Shown in pieces: positions 52,801 to 64,000 of a stretch of 64,000 bases of DNA. The translations under genes were made by a program, and so were the position numbers. Location: the NCBI RefSeq assembly GCF_009914755.1, contig NC_060947.1. The stretch is one strand, 5' to 3'. The notes below the pieces were generated by a model. The model was not told the DNA's origin and searched no databases. It was given only the letters and a program-made list of their open reading frames with translations. The stretch comes from the human T2T-CHM13v2.0 reference genome, Homo sapiens. Numbering within the stretch: position 1 is the stretch's first letter; each line of letters begins with the position of its first letter.

Positions 52801-53285
52801 CATATGTTGATTGCAGTACTATTCACAACAGCAAAGATATGAAATCAACCTAAGTGTCCATCAATGGATGATTGGATAAAGAAAATTTGGTACATATGCA
52901 CCATGGAATACTATTCAGCCATAAAAATAAATCATTTTGCAGCAGAATGAATTTTTTTTTTGGATTTTTTTTTTTTGCAGCAACATGGATGGAACAGGAG
53001 GCCATTATCTTAAGTGAAATAACTCAGAAAGTAAAATACTGCATGTTCTCACTTATAAGTGTGAGCTAAATAATGTGTATACATGGGCATAGCAAGTGGA
53101 ATAATAGATATTGGAGACTTAGAAGGGTGGGAAGGTAGTGAGGGATGAGAAATTACTTAATGGGTAGAATGTTCACTCTTTGGGTGATGGCTACATTAAC
53201 AGCCCTGACTTCACCACTACATAGTATATCCATGTAACAAAATTGCACTTGTAGCCCCTAAATCTATAAAAATAAAGAAAAAGAA
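49898..53285 (+). mobile_element. L1PB4-like element with 5' inversion (49898-52086 inverted and interrupted, 52087-53285 sense)
   Basis: 3'UTR GACTTCACCACTACATAGTATATCCATGTAACAAAATTGCACTTG. Degenerate TSD AAAATAATTGAGGCCA (49882-49897) / AAAAAGAATGAGACCA (53284-53299). Confidence 0.85.
50062..51946 (-). mobile_element. 5'-truncated L1PA7/8-like element nested in the L1PB
   Basis: 3'UTR TTCTGGGATACATGTACAGAATGTGCAGG and ORF2 peptides 50620..50871, 50989..51348. Host sequence TGTCTATTTTT|ATACCA is continuous across it. Confidence 0.92.
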
Positions 53286-53604
53286 AAAGAATGAGACCAA
53301 AAGAGAAAGGAATATTATCTTCAAGAGCTGAGGAAAATAACAATCTAGAACTTCTGTACTGAATATCATAAAAGAGTGTGAGCAAAATAAATGTAAATGT
53401 CACTGAACACTGAAATAATTTACTACTCATAGACACTTGGTGAAAGAACTACTAAAAATATATGTGCTAGTAGAAAGAAAATTGAATCCAGAAAGAAGCC
53501 AGATGCATGAAGCAATGGTGAACAGTGAAATTGGTAAATAGAGGTATATCTAAATAAGAGGTACATCTAAATAATGTTGATGAACCACTTACAGGTTACA
53601 AGTA

Positions 53605-54050
53605 TGATATGGTTTGAATTATGTCCCCTCAAATTCATATGTGGAAGTCCTAAGCCCCAGTACCTGTGTATTTGACCTTACATTTGGAAATATGTTTGTT
53701 GCAGACATAATGAGTTAAGATGAGGTAATCTCATCTTGGATAGGGTGCGCACCTAATACAACATGACTGACGTCCTTATAAAAAGGGGAACTTTGGACAC
53801 AGAGACATTCACACATGGAGGATGTCATGTGAAGATTGGAGATAAGCTGCCACATACCTGCAACAGGAACAATTAGATGCTAGGGGCAGGGCCTAGATAT
53901 AGATCTTTTCCTAAAGTCTGCAGAGAGAGCACGGGCCTGTTTTCTTAATCTTAGACTTCTAGCCTTCAGAACTGTGAGACAATACATTTCTGTTGTTTAA
54001 GCCACTCAGTTTGTGGTACATTGTTACAGCAGCCCTAGCAAACTAATATA
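53605..54050 (+). mobile_element. MaLR solo LTR (MLT1B/C-like)
   Basis: TGATATGGTTTGAATTATGTCCCC...CAGCAGCCCTAGCAAACTAATATA. TSD AAGTA/AAATA. Confidence 0.88.
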
Positions 54051-54567
54051 AAATACAAAATGGATCAAGACACTTGAAAACTGTAATAGGTAAGTATAAT
54101 CAGAATTACATTTTCTCTAAGGCTCTTGTATTATAGTCTAGGAGGAGGAGTAGAGATGTTGATCACCTTTAGACTTTAAGTCAAGTATGCATGTTAAAAA
54201 TTTAGGAGTAATCAACAAAATTATTTAAATAGAATCTGTATATCCAAATCAGTAGAAGAGGACAGAAGGAAATTGTAAAAACTTCACTCAATATGAAGCA
54301 GGAAGGAGAAAAAAAGAAGAAAATAAAAAGAGTGATAAGTAAGACATACAATGGTAGAAATAAATTCAAGTATAAAATTAAGTTCAAAATGTAAAACAAT
54401 TAAATTCATATGCCAAAGGTATAGAAGCTCATATCAAAAATTTTTTAACAAAATTATAAAGCTTTAGAAGGCTAGTAGGGCTTGATCATCGTCCCAACTA
54501 TTGGTTGGAGGGTTGTTGAGATTTCACATGAATAGTTGGAATTTTAACATGGGAGCAATATTCTAAC

Positions 54568-54678
54568 CAAGGGGTGAGCAAATGATAGCCCACAGCCCAA
54601 ATAGGGCCTGCTGCCTTTTTTTTTTTTTTTTTTTTTTTGTACAGCCTGCAAGCTAAGAATGGATTTTACATATTTTTA
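54568..54678 (+). mobile_element. Left end only of a MER58B-like hAT element, containing a long poly(T)
   Basis: CAAGGGGTGAGCAAA...GGCCTGCTGCC(T)nGTACAGCCTGCAAGCTAAGAATGG. Confidence 0.72.
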
Positions 54679-55040
54679 ACTTTGTATTTTAGTTTCATGG
54701 GTACATATACAGGTTTGTTATATAGGTAAAGTCATGTCATGAGGGCATGTTGTACAGATTATTTTGTCACTCAGCTGCTAAGCATAGTACCCAATAGTTT
54801 TTTTTTTTATCTTATCCCTCCTCACACTCTGCACCTTCAAGTAGACCCCAGTGTATGTTTTTCCCCACCATGTGTCCATGTGTTCTCATCATTTAGCTCC
54901 CACTTACAAGTGAGAACATGTGGTATTTGGTTTTCTGTTCCTGTGCTAGTTTGCTAAGGATAATGGCCTCCAGCTCCATCATGTTCCTGCAAAGGACATG
55001 GTCTCGTTCTTTTTTATGGTTGCATAGTATTTCACGGTGT
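54674..55040 (-). mobile_element. Short L1PA13-16-like 3' end
   Basis: GTACAGATTATTTTGTCACTCAG...CATTTAGCTCCCACTTACAAGTGAGAACATG. Confidence 0.88.
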
Positions 55041-55397
55041 TCATATTAAATTTTTAAGATTAACTGTATGCTCTTGACCAGGGAGAAATGTAAAACAACA
55101 CAGAATAATTGAAAATAAATGAATAAAAGAGATGGATGAGAAATATCAACCGAAAGAAAGCCAGCATTACAATGATGATATAAGGAAAAAATATTTAAAG
55201 CAAAAAGCCTTATTAGGGACATGGAAGGTCACTACTTAATGATAAAAGACAAAACTCACTATGAAGATATATATTTTAAACAAGTTAGTCTCAAATATAT
55301 AAAGCAATATTTGAAAGAAATACTAGGAAACGTTGAAATATTCACACTCATATTTGAAGACTTTTTAAAAATTAAACTGAAGTAATTTATTAAAATA

Positions 55398-56874
<1,477 letters not shown>

Positions 56875-58477
56875 TGTTTGAAGATTTTAACATAACTTTC
56901 AGTAATCAATATGCAAGGAGAAAAAAATCAGTGCTTATGTTAAACAGACTTGATTTAATGGACATAAATAGAACTCTGGGCCCAATAATTACAGAAAATA
57001 TTAGAGTAAAAATAATTAAAGAAATAATTAGAGAAAATACTTTTTCTTTTGAGTTACATGTGAAATATTTCTAAAAATTGACTGTGTACTAGGTGACAAA
57101 TCTCAAAAATACCCCAAAGCCTCTATAAACACCTCTTTCTCTGACCACACTGCAAAGAAGGTATGCATCAGTTTAAAAATAGCAAAAAGTCCTTGTTAAT
57201 TTTGAAATTAAAAATACTTTGATGTAATTCATTGGTTAAGAAAATTTTATGTGGGAAATTAGAAAATATTTAGAATTGAATAATGATGACACAGCATAGC
57301 AAAACTTGTGGGATGCTGCCAATGTCAGAGTTGAATTTTCAGTGTAGAATGTGTAAGAGAAGGAGAACTAACAGAAGCTGTGTCCACTTTAAGTAGTTAG
57401 AAAAGGAACAAGATAGTTGATTAAAAAAGGGAAGGAAATAGAAGTAGAAATGAATGAAATAGAAAACAAAGAAATGATAGAGAATCAACAAAACCAGCAT
57501 TTGGTCTTTGAAATTATTAGTAGACAAGCATACCAAAATAAACTTATTGTAACACTGATTTTACAAAAAGACTTGACAAGTCATCAGTATTAAGAATGAA
57601 AAGGGAGATGCTACTGTAGATACAGTCAAATTTAAAAACACAGTAACAATATCTTGAAAAACTTTGTACAATAAATAAATCATAGAATTGAACAAATGGA
57701 TACTGTCATGCAAAAATAAAATATATTAAAAGTGCCTCAAGGAAGAATAATTAACCTGGATAAATCTAGTACCTACATTAAAGAAATTGTATCAATAGTC
57801 AAAAATCTACATACAAAAAAATCACCAGGCCTAGAGGATTTCACAAATTAGTTTATCAAATTTTCAAAGAACAGATAATCTCCATTTTATATAACTTCTT
57901 CAGAGAATTAAAAAAGAGGGAAAATTCCCCTGAACTAATTTTCAGAGTCTAATATAATCTTTTTACCCAAACAAGATAGATACACTTTGAGAAAAATAAA
58001 TTACAGATTACCTCACATACATGGCAGCTAAATGTCATAAATACAATATCAGCAGGTTAAATCCATTAATAAGTTTTATTAATGAAATACTGCCTCATGC
58101 TGATCTGAATTTATACCAAAAATATTTAAGAATGGTTTAACTTTTTAAAAAATTATTTAATGTCTTTGATAACCTTAAAGAAAAAAGTAATATAACCACC
58201 TCAACAGATTAAAAAAGCACTTAATATAATTCAATATAATTTGATTTTAAAAACTCCTAGCAAACTCCTAGAAAACTATACAAAAAACTTTTAAAATTAG
58301 ATAAATGTTATTGACCAAAAACCATTTGAGACAAAGTAATCTTGCCTGCTATCACTACCTCTAAGCAACAGGAAATAAGAATAGAAAAATGAAAGTTATG
58401 CGTATTGGAAAGTAAACAACCCAAAACTTATTGTGAAAGAATGATTGTCTTGATATAAATTTAAAAATAATATTCAG

Positions 58478-58895
<418 letters not shown>

Positions 58896-60020
58896 CTATA
58901 AAACTTCTAGAAAAACACATAGGAATTCATTTTCATGACCTAGGATTAAGAAAAGAGTTCATCATAAAAATTATAAACTTCTTTTCTGGGAAGGACACTG
59001 TGAAGAGGATGAAAAGGCAAGCCACAGACTGGGAGAAATATTGGCAAATCACATATCTAATAAAGGACTTGAATCCAAAATATATAAAGAATTCTCAAAA
59101 CTCAGGAATAAGGAAAACAACAGCCTAATTTAAAAATGGGTAAAAGATTTAAACAACCACTTCACCAAAGTAGACTTATAGTTGGCAAATAAATAAAGTA
59201 CATGAAAAGATGCTCAACATTATTAGCCAATAGGGAAATACAAATTAAAGCCATGATGGGATGTCACTACATGCCTATCAAAATGGCAAAAATAATAATT
59301 TTAAGAATACAATTATCAGTGCTAGGCAGAATGCAGAGTAGCTGAAATTTGCATACATTTTCAGTAGGAATGTAAAATGGTACAGCTACTCTGGAAAAAC
59401 AGTTTGGCAGTTTCTTATAAAACTAAACATACTACTTCCGTACAACTGAGCAATTGCGCTTTTGGGCATTTATCCAAAAGAAATGAAAACTTGTACACAC
59501 AAACCTGCATATGAATGTGTATAGAAGCTTTGTTTCTAATAACCCCCAATTGGAAACAACTCAAATTTGCATCAACAGATGAATGGATAAAACATATTGT
59601 GGTGTATCTACATAGTGGGACACTATTCAGCAATAAAAAATGAACTTTTGATTCATCCATCAACTTGGATGAATCATAAAGACAGTATGCTAAATGAAAG
59701 AAGCCAGTCTCAAAAGGCTGCATATTGTATCATTTTGTTTATATGACATTCTGAAGAAGATAAAACTACAGTGACAGAGTGGTTGCTAGGGTTTAGGAGT
59801 AGAGGGAGAGTGTGACTACAAAGGGATGGCATGAGGTAGTGTTTTGGGGTGATGGAACTGTTCTGTATCCTGATTCTGGTATTGGTTACATAAATCTATA
59901 CATATATTAAAATTCATAGAACTATATAACAAAAAGTCAATTTTACTGTATATTAATTTAAAATAAAATTTAAAAATTTAAAAATTACTTCATAAAAAGG
60001 AGGATATGTACAGTATCAGA

Positions 60021-60141
60021 AGGTTGATCATACATCCTAGTGGGCCTCAAACAGGCCCACTTTATGCTTTTATCCTGGTGTAATTATTAATAGTGTCAAT
60101 TGTAGAATTCTGTTTGAATGGTAAATTATATGCTTATCCTA
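60021..60141 (+). mobile_element. MER94-like (hAT-Blackjack)
   Basis: AGGTTGATCATA...CCTGGTGTAATTATTAATAG...TAAATTATATGCTTATCCTA. Confidence 0.6.
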
Positions 60142-61039
60142 AATATGAAACTGTATTCTTACTGTAAATATGAAACCATTCATTTTAATTTTAAAGTATA
60201 CAAGACAAAATTAAGAATGTATTGCTTTTGATTACCATTTATATGTAGTAGCATGGAAATTGCATGGAAGAGAAATAAAATCTTTAGGAAGAAAGGGATA
60301 ACAAAAGAATGGGGGCTTCAGCTGACATAAATATGACAAAATTAGAAATAAAAAATTCAAAAATAAATATAAGGTGGCTCTCAATGGAAATTCCAGAAAA
60401 TAAGAAAATGGTATTTTGATTAACAGCTTATGTTTATGTTAGAACCTTGATCAGTTCTTGAAGCAAATAGGTGATAAAAATGGTGGTCCTCTTGGTTTGC
60501 TGAAAAGTGAAATGATATGTGCTGATGTCACATATCCTCTGACTGTTCCTGATGAACCTACCTCATTGTCTGATGTCCATGAATGGCAGTTGCTATAGAA
60601 GTCTGTGCATGGCAGTTATATGAACAATAACCATTGTGACAAAGGGAACCACTATTACCCTAATGGAAAGAGAGAAATTAGAGACACAGTAGCCACACAA
60701 AACTAAAATATATTAAATATTAGTGTTGTCTACTTCTTTAATGGGGAAAAAGAGCATATCATTAGTGTCAAGCGCATCCCACAGTAGGCTCTCTTTAGAA
60801 GAATAACTCAGTGCAATAATGTGAATTGCTTTGTCTTTGATTTTGAACATGATTAAATTGGCAGGCAGTGGGTGGGAGTATGTTGTTCAGGATAGAAGTT
60901 TGCATAACTGGTAACTGTAGCATTTTTCTCAGACACTATCATTGTGTCAAACTATGATGCACAATGATACACAATGCTGTGATACACAAGCTGTGATACA
61001 CGATGTTAGTTATCATTGTGTCAAGATCTCATCCTTAAC

Positions 61040-61555
61040 ATCTGCAGTGATTTGTGCTCTCTGCACTAAGTCAAACCTTCTTAGCCTGGCATCTAAAACC
61101 CTCCATATTATGGCCCACCCTATCTATCTAAGCTCTCATACCAATGTTTCCCATCACACACCATTTACTGTAGTCATCTGTCTCCTTCATTATTCTAGAA
61201 GCACACTGAGTTCTTTCTCCCCTCCTCACATGTTGTTTTCCTTAAGTGGAATGCCCTAACTTCTCTTCCACACTAATCTAAACCCTGCAACACTCAATCC
61301 AAACCTCTCTGGTCCATGAAGCCTTTCTTGGCTAGATCAACCTTCACTGATCTCCTTTGAACTATGACACTTACTATTATGAATACAGATTTATAGTAAT
61401 GACATTTTCCATTGTTTGTTGTTGTTTCAAATGTATTACTATTCTCTTCCTCAGAAGATTATATAGGCTATTGGCAAGGCAGTGCTCATATCTCATAAGT
61501 CTTTTTGACTCCTTGTAGCGCATGATAGATGCTCAATAAACATTTCTGACTGACT
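61040..61555 (+). mobile_element. L2 3' portion
   Basis: CTTAGCCTGGCATCTAAAACCCTCCAT...TAGATGCTCAATAAACATTTCTGACTGA. Confidence 0.7.
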
Positions 61556-63344
61556 TGAATGCCCATTCCAAATTATGTTTCACTGTTTTAAACATCACAA
61601 ACTGATCACTTTTATTGTCAGCTACTCCCAGAACTTCTTTTCTCTCCTGTGATTTTCACTCTTTAGTTAATCATTGAGTGTTTTAGAGATATAAGACCAA
61701 AACAGTATATCCACCATGAAGTCATTTTACAGTTCTATGCTTCTATCTGCATTTCCTGGTGCTGCTTTCTATCTTATAAGAACACAACACTACCAAAAGC
61801 AAACATGACTTCTTAAAGCAATTTTAAAAAGTAGCCTCTTGTCCTCCAAGGGAGCTTAACCTCTGCTGAAGAACAAGAAATTAACTTCAGATTCTGACCA
61901 AATTTTTGCCAAGAGCCTAAAGTTCCTTGGAGGAATGGTATAATAATCATGCTTGTGGTTGTAGTGATTGCAATGTTAGCAATCCTGGCCTGAAAATATT
62001 TTTACTGTAGGCATAGAACATGAACTTTTCAGTAAGCCAAAAATAGTGAATGGTGATCATTGATGGAGGTGAGGATAAAAGGTTAGAACCAGAATTAAAG
62101 TCTCAGCTGAACTCAGAGATACATGCAAAAGTTGGATCAGTACAGCTAGGCAGTCAAGATCTAAGCAATGGTACAGGCATAGCAGAGATCATAAAAGTTC
62201 TCAAAAGAACAAGAATTCTTTAAGTTGAATCAACGTCATCCAGAACCATTTTATTTACTTCCCATTTGGGCATGAGCCCATCTCAGTTCAAGTCAGCTCA
62301 AGGCCATGGAAAACTAAAGTATGTGTCTTAATCTGCTTTGATTGGGAAGTGTGGAACCACAGGAAAAAAAAATCACACTTGCATTCCAGCAAAAGAGCAT
62401 TCTAACAACAATAAGAACAGAATGGTACAAGCAATATGTATGTACAGGATTTACTTGAGGTGTGCCACAATATATTGTAAATTGGAATGCAGAACTGCTT
62501 TGTAGACGACTCAATGACTATTGATTTTGATACTGCTGAAATAAGAAGTTATTCATGCGTATAGGTTCTGTCTGATACAATTCACAGCCCAATTGATTAG
62601 CCTCCAATAAATCTGAAAAAAAGGAGGATGGCAAGCTCTGCTTTAAATAATGAAGAATCATTACAGCTTATTAAGATATTCTGGCATGAGGACTGAATCT
62701 GTCTTAGCATTTCTTCCAGCATAGAAAGTAGGCAATTTGAGAACTAGAATCATGGTAGAAGGGATGAATAGATGACAGTTACTGCCCATGTTGCTCTGCT
62801 GGTAATGCCTGGCAAGGTAAACATTCAAGACCTGTCAGTGACTTGGCCTTTCAGTCAGTGAGATGACTATCAACTCTCACTAGTAAAGGTGAGAAGTATT
62901 TTATTATTCATAGACACCAAGCAGAGCCTATGTGTTCATGAATCTTTTGGCTTTGCTCTTTTTCTTGTTCTTCTTCCAGCCTCATTTTTGCTCTTCTACA
63001 GCTATCATTGCTCATGCTATTCTTCCTTTCCACTCTAAATACTCTCTCACTGCCTGCCTAACAATTCAAATTTTACTCATCCTTCAAGGCTCAGCACAAG
63101 TCTGACTGTCACATAAAGCACTATTTGGTAATTCCCGTGGACTAGTTATGCTTGTTCTGATCTTCTAGTTTTCTTTTGCAGTAAAATATCAGTCAGCATT
63201 CAGTCATTGTAATTTTGTTTCTTTCATTCAAATTGAAGTTGAATATTGAAACTCACACATATATTTATCTAATGCTTCCACAGTGCCTGGCACCACCATA
63301 GCTACACAGCTATACCATATTCACACACCACATTTGTTTCAGAA

Positions 63345-63657
63345 TAGGGTCATTGTAGAATTTATTGTCCAAACCAGGATACTTTTGAGTGTAAAAGAGG
63401 ATGCCCATTAATAATTATCCTGGACTTCCTTTGAAATGCTTCTAAAAATAGGATAAGCTAATAGATGGGTAGAGAGAGGATTAATGAACAGATGTGTGAT
63501 AAAGTGCAGTAATATGCTAATGGCAGATTTTAGGTGGTGGTCGCTGTAAAATCATTTTCACCATTTGTGTATTTTTGAAAGATTTCATGAGAAAATATTG
63601 AAAAAATATAATTATGCTGAGACAACACAGGTAAACTGAAATGTTATGGTCAACCCT
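63345..63657 (-). mobile_element. MER94-like element interrupted by an old L1M 3' fragment (63423-63607)
   Basis: TAGGGT...ACCCT termini. Insert flanked by ATAATTATCCTG (63411-63422) / ATAATTATGCTG (63608-63619). Confidence 0.6.
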
Positions 63658-63794
63658 TGCTCAGAGCTGCTGTTATTGACCTCAGAGAGAAAAGTATGAG
63701 TAGGTAGACAGAGGAAAAGGAGTGAATAGAAAGCAGTGTAGCTAAGTGGGTGGGTATAGTATAAACTAACACATGAATTTAACACCTAGAATTA

Positions 63795-64000
<206 letters not shown>

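Noticed and set aside
53537-53573. 17-bp tandem duplication (AGAGGTA(T/C)ATCTAAATA x2)
   Set aside because: Ordinary slippage duplication inside decayed L1.

Overview
This is primate (hominoid, human-like) genomic DNA, AT-rich and dominated by interspersed repeats. It is not prokaryotic. I see no CRISPR array, rRNA, intact tRNA or recognisable cellular protein-coding gene. Every protein-like ORF in the track is LINE-1 ORF1/ORF2 debris or a chance ORF. Content: the 5' 3.3 kb of an apparently full-length but dead young L1PA (minus strand; 906-bp 5'UTR lacking the 129-bp ZNF93-site segment), about 12 further L1 fragments, five Alus, several MaLR solo LTRs, hAT/Tigger DNA transposons and ancient MIR/L2/CR1 remnants. 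An ~11-kb ancient L1M at 48.7-60.0 kb hosts many nested insertions. Subfamily names come from recalled consensus diagnostics, not a RepeatMasker run, and boundaries of old repeats are approximate. I found no well-supported new biological system. The best leads are: a TSD-flanked tailless tRNA-Asn 5'-half retrocopy (15152-15194), a second TSD-flanked 30-nt orphan insert (32365-32394), probable L1 3' transductions (54449-54678, 55367-55400, 10941-11146), three twin-priming L1 inversions, a fold-back templated insertion rich in SOX/GATA motifs (60937-61024), an E-box palindrome (20747-20785) and a candidate minus-strand exon with a 49-aa smORF (4683-4945).
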